Assembly (NCBI GenBank): GCA_023251535.1
Contig: JAHEYP010000018.1
Location: 7,759 to 71,758, forward strand
Reading direction: 5' to 3'
Origin: Bacteroidota bacterium
Lineage (GTDB): Bacteria; Bacteroidota; Bacteroidia; AKYH767-A; OLB10
DNA length: 64,000 bases
A program made the position numbers and the translations under genes. Every line of letters begins with the position of its first letter. The first letter of the stretch is position 1. The notes beneath the pieces are model-generated. The model was not told where the DNA came from. It was given only the letters and a program-made list of their open reading frames with translations, and ran no database searches. Of this stretch, positions 9,103 through 17,551 are shown one piece after another.

Positions 9103-9939
9103 TTATTTTATTAATGAACTTCGTAAAAATGAATACCATTTATCCATGCCTTCGCCTGACGTTGCCGACACTTCGAAAATCTCAATTGTAGGGTTTACCG
9201 TTCTAGCGTAGTTTTTTAATTTTTCCACATCAAACTTCAAATAAGGTAAGAGATCGATTTTGTTGATCAAGCAAATTTGCGAACCGTAAAACATATCGGG
9301 ATATTTTATCGGTTTGTCTTCGCCTTCCGTAACAGAAATTATTACAACTCTTTTGTTTTCGCCTAAGTCGAACATAGAAGGGCAAACTAAATTTCCTACA
9401 TTCTCAATTACGACTATTGAACCATCTTTAGGAGCGAGCTCTTTAACAGCGGTAGAAATCATTTCGCTATCGAGGTGACAACCTTTGCCAGTGTTGATTT
9501 GCAACACAGGAATATTGTGAGCTGCAATACGATCCGCATCATTCGTAGTTTGTTGATCACCTTCAATAACAGAAAAAGAAATTTCGTTTTTTAAGTCGGC
9601 GATGGTGCGTTCCAGAATAGAAGTCTTTCCCGAACCAGGTGAACTCACCATGTTAATTGCAAAGATGTTTTTCGCATCGAAATAACCTCTATTCCTTTCC
9701 GCTAGTAAATCATTTTTCAGTAAGATTTCTTTTTCTAAATTGATTTCACGTCCGTGTACATGGTTATGATCGTGATTATGATCGTGAAAGTGGTCATGAT
9801 CTTTATCATGATCGTGATGATGTTTACCATGATCATGGGTATGAAAATGATGAGCATGGGTATGATGAGATGACTTCCCATTTCTGCCAATAAATTTTAC
9901 AGTCCCTTCATCGGAACTACATCCACAAGTAACGCACAT
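9103..9939 (-). CDS. hypB: Nickel insertion GTPase HypB with N-terminal CxxCGC and His-rich region
   Basis: MCVTCGC, poly-His/Asp stretch, P-loop SSPGSGKTS, GCHLD, ENVGNLVCP, EGEDKP, NKID. Confidence 0.97.
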   Translation of the reverse strand: MCVTCGCSSDEGTVKFIGRNGKSSHHTHAHHFHTHDHGKHHHDHDKDHDHFHDHNHDHNHVHGREINLEKEILLKNDLLAERNRGYFDAKNIFAINMVSSPGSGKTSILERTIADLKNEISFSVIEGDQQTTNDADRIAAHNIPVLQINTGKGCHLDSEMISTAVKELAPKDGSIVVIENVGNLVCPSMFDLGENKRVVIISVTEGEDKPIKYPDMFYGSQICLINKIDLLPYLKFDVEKLKNYARTVNPTIEIFEVSATSGEGMDKWYSFLRSSLIK

Positions 9940-9944
9940 TGATG

Positions 9945-10286
9945 TTAATCTATAATTAGTTTAATAATCTTTAATTCCTTGCCTTTTAAAATTTCTTTAA
10001 AAGGGCTTTTGCAATTCGGACAAACATCGAATATTTTCTCCAAATGATATTCTGTACTACACTCTCCGCAACGAGCGAATCCCTCGGGTTCGTGAATATT
10101 TACCTTCGAATTTTCAAGTGCTGTTCCTTTTGCTGCAAGTTCCCAAACAAAGGTTAGTGAAGCAATTTCTACTCCTGAAAGTTTTCCGATTTCCAGAAAA
10201 ATCTCCTTAATCGATTCGGCTTTATTTTCTATTAACTCAACTTCGGCCGATTTAATTATAGAAGTAGCGATTGACAATTCGTGCAT
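9945..10286 (-). CDS. hypA: Nickel metallochaperone HypA
   Basis: MHELSIA N-terminus and two CxxC motifs (CGEC, CPNC). Confidence 0.96.
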   Translation of the reverse strand: MHELSIATSIIKSAEVELIENKAESIKEIFLEIGKLSGVEIASLTFVWELAAKGTALENSKVNIHEPEGFARCGECSTEYHLEKIFDVCPNCKSPFKEILKGKELKIIKLIID

Positions 10287-10339
10287 AAAAACAAGTGCAT
10301 TTGGGAACTAAAGTAATAGTTTAAAATAGATGTTCCAGC

Positions 10340-10353
10340 ATGATTATAATCAT
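10340..10353. promoter_or_regulatory. Perfect 14-bp palindrome ATGAT-TATA-ATCAT in the divergent hypA/hyaA promoter region; candidate Crp/Fnr-family site
   Basis: Palindrome read directly; resembles the FNR consensus TTGAT-N4-ATCAA. Confidence 0.55.
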
Positions 10354-10416
10354 CTTTAAGTTAGTTAGTGTTTATGTTACATTTACCCAGTTAAGTAACT
10401 TCATCCTTATAATGTT

Positions 10417-11541
10417 ATGGAACAACAGGAAAATAAAAACAATGAAACGTACTATGAAAGTGTAGTAAGACAAGGCTACGATCGTCGAGACTTTCTAAAG
10501 TTTGTAGCTTTCATCGGTGCGTACATGGGAGTTGAATCAACATCTCTCGGACAGATTGCAAAAACACTAGCGACAAAGCCTCGTCTGCCAGTTATCTGGG
10601 AACATTTCCAGGAGTGTACTTGTTGCAGTGAATCATTTATTCGCTCAGACCATCCTATTGTTGCCGACATTATTTTGGATAAGATTTCATTAGACTACAC
10701 CTTAACATTAATGGCTGCATCCGGACATCAAGCAGAGGCAGCTAAGAAAGCAACGATGGATAAATACAAAGGAGAATATATTCTTTGTGTGGAAGGATCA
10801 GTTCCTTTAGGAGATGATGGTAACTACTGTTGTATTGGAGGTAGAAGTGCTATTGATATTTTAAAAGAATCAGCAGCTGGAGCGAAAGCAATTATTGCAT
10901 GGGGAAGTTGTGCAACGACAGGTTGTGTACAAGCAGCGAAACCAAATCCTACTGGTGCTACACCAATTGATCAAATTATTACTGATAAACCAATCATCAA
11001 TGTACCGGGTTGTCCTCCGATAGGAGAAGTGATGGCGGGGATTATTGTGCACGTTGTTGCATTCGATCGTTTACCTGAATTAGACGGTGCTGGCCGACCA
11101 AAATCTTTCTATTCAAAACGAGTTCATGATAGTTGTTATCGTCGTCCGTATTTCGATGCGGGATTATTTGTAGAAAATTTCGACGATGAAAATGCGAAGA
11201 AAGGATACTGCTTATACAAAGTAGGATGTAAAGGCCCTACAACTTATAATGCTTGTGGAAATATTAAATGGAATGGTGGTGTAAGTTATCCGATTCAATC
11301 AGGACATGGTTGTTTAGGATGCAGTGCTAAAAATTTCTGGGATGCAGGTAGTTTCTATTCACGCGAACAAGCGATGGGTGGTGGAGTAGAAAGCGATTCA
11401 GATACACTTGGAAAAGTAGTGTTAGGCGCTGTAGCAACCGGAATAGGTGCACATGCAGTTCTTTCTAACGTCTCTAAGAGAAAAGAGCTTACAAGAAGAA
11501 TAGAAGCAGGGCAAGAAAACGAACAAAAAATTAAAGAATAA
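10417..11541 (+). CDS. hyaA: Membrane-bound [NiFe]-hydrogenase small subunit, group 1d type (Tat substrate)
   Basis: Tat motif RRDFLK; ECTCCSES and WGSCATTGCVQ (six proximal Cys); medial Pro in SYPIQSGHGC; distal HDSCYRR; C-terminal TM anchor with His. Confidence 0.95.
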   Translation: MEQQENKNNETYYESVVRQGYDRRDFLKFVAFIGAYMGVESTSLGQIAKTLATKPRLPVIWEHFQECTCCSESFIRSDHPIVADIILDKISLDYTLTLMAASGHQAEAAKKATMDKYKGEYILCVEGSVPLGDDGNYCCIGGRSAIDILKESAAGAKAIIAWGSCATTGCVQAAKPNPTGATPIDQIITDKPIINVPGCPPIGEVMAGIIVHVVAFDRLPELDGAGRPKSFYSKRVHDSCYRRPYFDAGLFVENFDDENAKKGYCLYKVGCKGPTTYNACGNIKWNGGVSYPIQSGHGCLGCSAKNFWDAGSFYSREQAMGGGVESDSDTLGKVVLGAVATGIGAHAVLSNVSKRKELTRRIEAGQENEQKIKE

Positions 11542-11562
11542 CAATTCTAAATACATTTCAAT

Positions 11563-13299
11563 ATGTCAGAAAGAATAGTAGTTGATCCGATCACGAGAAT
11601 TGAAGGACATCTAAGAGCCGAAGTAGAGATATCAGATGGTACAATCAAAGAAGCTTTTCTATCTTCTACCATGGTACGCGGCCTCGAGAATATTGTTAAA
11701 GGAAGAAATCCGAAAGACATTTGGGCATTCGTTCAACGTACTTGCGGAGTATGTACATCAACACATGCTGCAACATCAGTAAGAGCAGTTGAAGATGCTC
11801 TTGGGATTAAAGTTCCACCTAATGCAGAGATGATTCGTAATATCATGCAAGGTGCACTCTATATGCATGATCACGTAGTACATTTTTATCACTTGCACGC
11901 ATTCGATTGGGTGGATGTTGTAAGTGGATTAAGTGCTGATCCTGTAAAAACATCTCAACTTGCGCAGAGTATTTCCAATTGGCCGAAAAGCTCTCCGGGA
12001 TATTTTTCCGATTTACAAAAGCGTTTAAAGAAATTTGTTGAAAGTGGACAGCTGGGAATATTTGCTAACGGATATTGGGGACACCCTGCAATGAAGTTGC
12101 CACCTGAAGCAAATTTAATGGCGACAGCCCATTACCTTGAAGCATTAGAATGGCAAAAGGAAATGGTGAAAGTGCATGCTATTTTCGGAGGAAAGAATCC
12201 GCATCCGAATTATTTAGTAGGCGGAGTAACATGTGCTATTAACCTTGACGATGCAAGTGGATTAAATGCAGAGCGATTAGCAATGGTTGAGAAATTAATC
12301 ATTCAAGGAAAAGAATTCATTGAGCAAGTATACGTACCGGACATTTTAGCAATCGCAGGATTTTATAAAGACTGGGGTGCAATAGGAGGTTTTCATAATT
12401 TCATGGCATTTGGTGACTTCCCTACACAAGGTTATAGCAATACCAATCCTGATACATTCAAATTCCCTCCAGGAGTAATATTAAATCAAGATTTAACTAA
12501 AGTTCACAATTTAGATCTTCGTGATTTAAAAACTGTAGAAGAATATGTTAACCACTCTTGGTATGATTATTCAGGTGATGGTAACGCGGGATTACATCCT
12601 TGGGTTGGAGAAACGAAAATTAATTATTCTGGTCCGAAGCCGCCATATACGCACTTAGAAGTAGACAAGAAATACAGTTATATTAAAACACCGCGTTGGA
12701 AAGGACTTCCAATGGAAGTTGGTCCGTTAGCACGTGTATTAGTAGCATATGCATCGGGACGAGAAGAATTCAAAGAAATTGTTGATTCAACATTATCTAA
12801 ATTGCAAGTGCCTGCAGCAGCATTGTTCTCTACATTAGGAAGAACAGCAGCGAGAGCATTAGAATGTCAAGTAGTAGCGGGATGGACATTAGAATTCTAC
12901 CATACGTTAGTAGCGAATATCAAGAATGGAGATACGCGCACGGCGAACATGGAGAAATGGGATCCAGCAACATGGCCGAAAGAAGCTAAGGGTGTAGGAA
13001 TGTCGGAAGCACCACGTGGTGCATTAAGCCACTGGATCGTTATTAAAGACGGTATAACTGCGAACTATCAACAAGTAGTGCCATCAACTTGGAACGCATC
13101 ACCAAGAGACCCTAAAGGGCAAAGATCGCCATATGAAAGCACATTATTAAACACGCCGGTAGCTGATCCTGAACTTCCATTAGAAATTATCAGAACAATA
13201 CACTCGTTCGATCCATGCATTGCATGTGCCGTTCACTTGTATGATGAAAATGGAAATATCATCAATGAAGTAAACGATATTTCTATCTGTACAATTTAA
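11563..13299 (+). CDS. hyaB: [NiFe]-hydrogenase large subunit
   Basis: DPITRIEGH, L1 QRTCGVC, KNPHPN, EAPRGAL, L2 FDPCIACAVH plus a cleavable C-terminal tail. Confidence 0.97.
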   Translation: MSERIVVDPITRIEGHLRAEVEISDGTIKEAFLSSTMVRGLENIVKGRNPKDIWAFVQRTCGVCTSTHAATSVRAVEDALGIKVPPNAEMIRNIMQGALYMHDHVVHFYHLHAFDWVDVVSGLSADPVKTSQLAQSISNWPKSSPGYFSDLQKRLKKFVESGQLGIFANGYWGHPAMKLPPEANLMATAHYLEALEWQKEMVKVHAIFGGKNPHPNYLVGGVTCAINLDDASGLNAERLAMVEKLIIQGKEFIEQVYVPDILAIAGFYKDWGAIGGFHNFMAFGDFPTQGYSNTNPDTFKFPPGVILNQDLTKVHNLDLRDLKTVEEYVNHSWYDYSGDGNAGLHPWVGETKINYSGPKPPYTHLEVDKKYSYIKTPRWKGLPMEVGPLARVLVAYASGREEFKEIVDSTLSKLQVPAAALFSTLGRTAARALECQVVAGWTLEFYHTLVANIKNGDTRTANMEKWDPATWPKEAKGVGMSEAPRGALSHWIVIKDGITANYQQVVPSTWNASPRDPKGQRSPYESTLLNTPVADPELPLEIIRTIHSFDPCIACAVHLYDENGNIINEVNDISICTI

Positions 13300-13317
13300 C
13301 AATTAAAATCGGCTTTA

Positions 13318-14043
13318 ATGAAAACACGCGATTATAAAAGGGCATATGTTTGGCAGCTGGCTGTCAGGATATTTCATTGGGCAAATGCATTATCAATTAC
13401 TTTGTTAATTATCACCGGATATTTGATTGCGCATCCGCCGGCCATAAGGTCTACGGCAGAAGCTTCTACTCAATTTTGGTTTGGATACATTCGTGAGATT
13501 CACTTCATGAGTGCTTACTTGATGTTTGCGGTTTTATTCTTGCGATTGTATTATGCAATTGTGGGAAATAAATATGCAAATTGGAAAGTGTTTGTTCCTT
13601 TTAATAAAAAAGGATTAACAGGAATATGGCATACTATTAAGCATGATGTGTTATTGCTAAACGATAAGGAATATAATTACAAAGACAGTGTTCATGTAGG
13701 ACATAATAATGTTGCTGCTGTATCCTATTTAGCCATGTTCTTTATGGCTATAATTATGATCTTCACAGGATTTGGAATGTACGCTGCGAATGCGACTTGG
13801 TTTTTGCCAAAGATGTTTGCATGGGTTCCCGAATTTTTTGGAGGCGATATGAATATTCGTTGGATACATCACATAACAATGTGGGCATTCATTCTCTTCG
13901 TAGTTGTTCATGTGTACTTAGTGTTTTACCATGATTGGTTAGAGGGACATGGAGAATCTTCATCGATGATTAGCGGTTACAAATTTGTTCGTACAGAGAG
14001 AGTAGCCGAAGCAAATGATAATACTGAAAACGCAGTAAAATAA
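13318..14043 (+). CDS. hyaC: Ni/Fe-hydrogenase b-type cytochrome subunit
   Basis: VWQLAVRIFHW, REIHF, GHN, RWIHH, VHVY heme-ligand His; four TM helices; SSMISGYK. Confidence 0.95.
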   Translation: MKTRDYKRAYVWQLAVRIFHWANALSITLLIITGYLIAHPPAIRSTAEASTQFWFGYIREIHFMSAYLMFAVLFLRLYYAIVGNKYANWKVFVPFNKKGLTGIWHTIKHDVLLLNDKEYNYKDSVHVGHNNVAAVSYLAMFFMAIIMIFTGFGMYAANATWFLPKMFAWVPEFFGGDMNIRWIHHITMWAFILFVVVHVYLVFYHDWLEGHGESSSMISGYKFVRTERVAEANDNTENAVK

Positions 14044-14045
14044 TT

Positions 14046-14079
14046 AAAAATTCCCTGGAGACATTCAGGGAATTTTTTT
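14046..14079 (+). terminator. Intrinsic terminator-like hairpin between hyaC and hyaD
   Basis: aaaaattccctg-gagacatt-cagggaattttttt. Confidence 0.75.
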
Positions 14080-14093
14080 GACAGAATAAGATT

Positions 14094-14606
14094 ATGAATA
14101 CAGAACTGTTTCCACATATCGCCGATACCTTTCATAACCAGGGTAATGATATCCTTATCTTAGGTATCGGGAATTATTTAATGGGTGATGAAGGTGTAGG
14201 CGTTCATTTTGTAAATGGATTGGACCAATCAGAGTTTCCCTCGAATATTACATTTTTAGATGGAGGCACAGGAGGATTTCTGTTGGTTCCGTTTCTTGAG
14301 AGTCATAAAGTGGCAATCATTGTTGATGCGACTATGGATGGAAAAGAAGAAGGAACGATCAGTTTGCTGAAGCCAAAATTTTCGAATGATTTCCCGACAT
14401 CTTTAAGCGGACATAATTTCGGATTAAAGGATATGGTCGAAATCCTTACTATGTTTGATCGAATGCCCGATATTTATCTTTTTACAATTTCTATCGACCA
14501 TATGGATCCGATGGTAATGAAGTTGTCGCCGAAAGTCCAAAATGCTATTGAAGAAGTAAAGCAGAAAATACTCGATTTGATTTTACGTTTGAATGCAAAA
14601 GAATAG
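14094..14606 (+). CDS. hyaD: Hydrogenase maturation endopeptidase (HyaD/HupD family)
   Basis: ILGIGNYLMGDEGVG, LDGGT, IVDA, His motif SGHNFGL. Confidence 0.93.
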   Translation: MNTELFPHIADTFHNQGNDILILGIGNYLMGDEGVGVHFVNGLDQSEFPSNITFLDGGTGGFLLVPFLESHKVAIIVDATMDGKEEGTISLLKPKFSNDFPTSLSGHNFGLKDMVEILTMFDRMPDIYLFTISIDHMDPMVMKLSPKVQNAIEEVKQKILDLILRLNAKE

Positions 14607-14612
14607 TGAGTA

Positions 14613-16904
14613 GTGATTTTTCATTCGTATAAAATAAATATTTCCGGAAGGGTACAAGGGGTGGGGTTTCGCCCCTTTGTTTTCAATCTCGCTCAAGAGT
14701 TTGGAATAAATGGCTACGTAACAAATAATTCGGCAGGAGTATTAGTTTTAGCAAATGGCACTGATGAGCAGGTAGATGCTTTATATAGACAGATTCAAAT
14801 TAGAAAACCGGATGTAGCTTTACTCACCTCCATTGAGAAGGTGGTTTTTCACACTGATGAAAAATTCGACTCGTTTTCAATCAGACCTTCGGAAAGTCAT
14901 TCTCAAGTTAATACTCTTCTCACACCTGATTTCGCGATTTGTGAAAATTGTAAATCAGAGATGTTTGATGAAAATAATCGCCGTTACTATTATCCTTTTA
15001 CCTCATGCACTCAATGCGGACCACGGTATTCTATCACCGAACGTTTTCCTTTTGAGAGAGAAAATACTAGTATGAAAGAGGTAATGATGTGTGAAGATTG
15101 TAATGAAGAATATAAAGATCCTTCCAATTTACGCTTTCATTCACAAACAAATTCTTGTTCGGCTTGCGGTATTAAACTAAAATTTACAGATGCTGCGGGT
15201 AATATTGTTGCGTCAACGAACAAAGAAATATTTGAGCGTATTGCATTAAAACTATCAGCGGGGAATATTATCGCTGTAAAAAATACAGGAGGATACTTAC
15301 TTCTTTGCGATGCAACAAATGAAAGAGCAGTTGCGCTATTGCGGTTGAGAAAAAATCGTCCAACCAAACCTTTTGCAGTGATGTTTAAAGATATTGAATT
15401 GGTTGAATCGTACTTATTAGTTAACGAATCGGAAATATCGTCACTCAAAAGTGCTGAAGCTCCGATTGTTATTTTAAAGCAAAAAGGGAAATCGGATTTG
15501 GCTATAGAGGAAATATCTCCGCGTCTAAATTCAGTTGGAGGAATGTTGCCTAGTTCAGGGACGATGGCATTAATCGCCGATTGCTTTCAGAAACCTTTGG
15601 TAGCTACCAGTGGTAATTCGCACGGATCTCCGATTTGTTCTAGTGAAGAAGAGGCTGTTGAACGATTAAGTGATATTGCTGATTACTTCTTGCATAACTC
15701 ATTGCATATTCGTCACGCTCAAGATGATTCAGTGATGAAATATTCCTCTAAGTATAGTAATCGGATTTTGATAAGACGATCTAGGGGATTTGCTCCTAAT
15801 TACATAACTAAATCACCTGATATTTTATTAGATCAAGTTTTTTGTGCAGGTAGCGATTTGAAAAATACGATCTGTGTTTATCCGAATAGGAATACCTATA
15901 TCAGTGAATATTTAGGCGACTTATCTGATTATGCTAGCGGACAACGATTTGAAACAGTAGTGCAAGATTACTTTGGGGTTTTTGATATTAGTCCTATGGT
16001 ATTGTTGTGCGACCAACATCCCGGTTACATAAGCACTGTTTATGCTCACAAATTGAAATCGTTAAAACCCGATTCGGAATTGCAACAAGTACAACATCAC
16101 GAAGCGCATTTCGCTGCTATTCTAGCTGAAAAGAATTTGATTGATAGTGATCAAAAGATATTAGGTGTGATATGGGATGGAATAGGATATGGGAATGGAC
16201 AAGAAATTTGGGGTGGAGAGTTTTTCGTATTTGAAAACTTAAATATTGAGCGGATCGGACATTTAGAATACTATCCGTGGATACAAGGAGACAAAATGTC
16301 AAAGTCGCCTAAATTATCAGCCTTGGCAATCAGTGGTGGAGATAAAATGTTTAAGAATCACTTTAGTGAGAATGAATGGCTGATATATTCGAAAGCCATT
16401 CAAGCGTTTTCAATTAAGACATCTAGCATGGGAAGATTCTTTGATGCTGTTGCTTATGTATTAGGCTTTGAAGACGCCGTAAGTTATGAAGGAGAAGCAG
16501 CGATGTACGTAGAGCAATTAGCACAAAATAAATTTGAGAAAGGGAATTTTGCAATGAAAGATTACCTCGACGGAATTGAATTAGCTTCCAGTCAAATTCC
16601 TGTTCGGTTATTATTTGCTCGAATTGTTAATGAACGAATTATTGGAGTTTCCGAAGAAGAGATTGCCTTAAACTTTCATTTTACATTGGTGAAAGCTATT
16701 GAAAAGATGGCTGATAAATTTAAAATTCATACATTAGCATTTAGTGGTGGTGTTTTTCAAAATGCATTGCTTGTTGACTTGATAAATGACAATTTATCGG
16801 AGAGATTTGACTTGCATTTCCATCAAGAATTGTCGGCTAATGATGAAAATATTTCATTCGGACAATTAAGTTATTATCAAATAAATCAAAAACGCAAGAG
16901 ATGA
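14613..16904 (+). CDS. hypF: Carbamoyltransferase HypF
   Basis: Acylphosphatase GRVQGVGFRPF, zinc fingers (CENC..CTQCGPR; CEDC..CSACG), QHHEAH, SSMGRFFD, SGGVFQN. Confidence 0.96.
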   Translation: MIFHSYKINISGRVQGVGFRPFVFNLAQEFGINGYVTNNSAGVLVLANGTDEQVDALYRQIQIRKPDVALLTSIEKVVFHTDEKFDSFSIRPSESHSQVNTLLTPDFAICENCKSEMFDENNRRYYYPFTSCTQCGPRYSITERFPFERENTSMKEVMMCEDCNEEYKDPSNLRFHSQTNSCSACGIKLKFTDAAGNIVASTNKEIFERIALKLSAGNIIAVKNTGGYLLLCDATNERAVALLRLRKNRPTKPFAVMFKDIELVESYLLVNESEISSLKSAEAPIVILKQKGKSDLAIEEISPRLNSVGGMLPSSGTMALIADCFQKPLVATSGNSHGSPICSSEEEAVERLSDIADYFLHNSLHIRHAQDDSVMKYSSKYSNRILIRRSRGFAPNYITKSPDILLDQVFCAGSDLKNTICVYPNRNTYISEYLGDLSDYASGQRFETVVQDYFGVFDISPMVLLCDQHPGYISTVYAHKLKSLKPDSELQQVQHHEAHFAAILAEKNLIDSDQKILGVIWDGIGYGNGQEIWGGEFFVFENLNIERIGHLEYYPWIQGDKMSKSPKLSALAISGGDKMFKNHFSENEWLIYSKAIQAFSIKTSSMGRFFDAVAYVLGFEDAVSYEGEAAMYVEQLAQNKFEKGNFAMKDYLDGIELASSQIPVRLLFARIVNERIIGVSEEEIALNFHFTLVKAIEKMADKFKIHTLAFSGGVFQNALLVDLINDNLSERFDLHFHQELSANDENISFGQLSYYQINQKRKR

Positions 16905-17530
16905 ATATAAACGAATTATTAGGTGCTATCGGAAAAACTGATGAGCAAGATAAAATTTCATATTCCGCTGGAGTAGTAATGGCTCAGAGTTTAAAAGATA
17001 TCGGATTTGATGAAATCCAATACGAAGATTTCCTTGAGGGAATGAAAGCGGTTTATAATGATTCATATCCTAAAATAAGTCAAAAAAGAGCAATTGATAT
17101 CTTTCAAAATTTTGTTGTTCTTTTACAAGAAGATCAGAAAGATAAAAATGCGGAAGAAGGACGATTGTTTCTTGAGAAAAATGCTGCTGATCCGAATGTA
17201 GTATCATTGCCTAGCGGATTGCAATATGAAGTTTTAGTTCCCGGAACCGGTGCTATTCCGTACAACGACAGTGTAGTTAAAGTGATCTACGAGGGAACCT
17301 TGCTAAATAATAATGTGTTTGATTCAACAAAAGATAGCGGCCCTGTAGAATTTGAAATAGCTCAAACTATTCCGGGATGGCAAGAGGCTTTGCAATTAAT
17401 GCAAGTAGGTGCACGTTGGAAATTATTTATTCCTCATCATTTAGCGTATGGTGAATTCGGTGCACAACCAATGATTCAACCAAATGCTACTTTGATATTT
17501 GTTGTTGAACTGCTTGAAATTGTTCAATAG
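16901..17530 (+). CDS. FKBP-type peptidyl-prolyl isomerase (Mip/FkpA/FklB type with N-terminal helical domain), no signal peptide
   Basis: KISYSAG N-domain; SGLQYEVL, YEGTL..VFDS, IPGWQEALQLM..GARWKLFIP..LAYG, PNATLIFVVELL; ATGA overlap with the hypF stop. Confidence 0.93.
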   Translation: MNINELLGAIGKTDEQDKISYSAGVVMAQSLKDIGFDEIQYEDFLEGMKAVYNDSYPKISQKRAIDIFQNFVVLLQEDQKDKNAEEGRLFLEKNAADPNVVSLPSGLQYEVLVPGTGAIPYNDSVVKVIYEGTLLNNNVFDSTKDSGPVEFEIAQTIPGWQEALQLMQVGARWKLFIPHHLAYGEFGAQPMIQPNATLIFVVELLEIVQ

Positions 17531-17551
17531 TTTTTACATTGATTTTTACCT

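Noticed and set aside
9757..9870. Short DNA repeats (gatcgt/gatcat) as a possible CRISPR or VNTR
   Set aside because: They encode the His-Asp tract of HypB; no repeat-spacer structure and no cas genes
13200..13240. Possible [NiFeSe] hydrogenase or selenocysteine recoding
   Set aside because: L2 motif is DPCIAC with normal Cys codons; no in-frame TGA
16901..17530. FKBP as SlyD
   Set aside because: It has an N-terminal helical domain and lacks the insert-in-flap domain and His/Cys-rich tail
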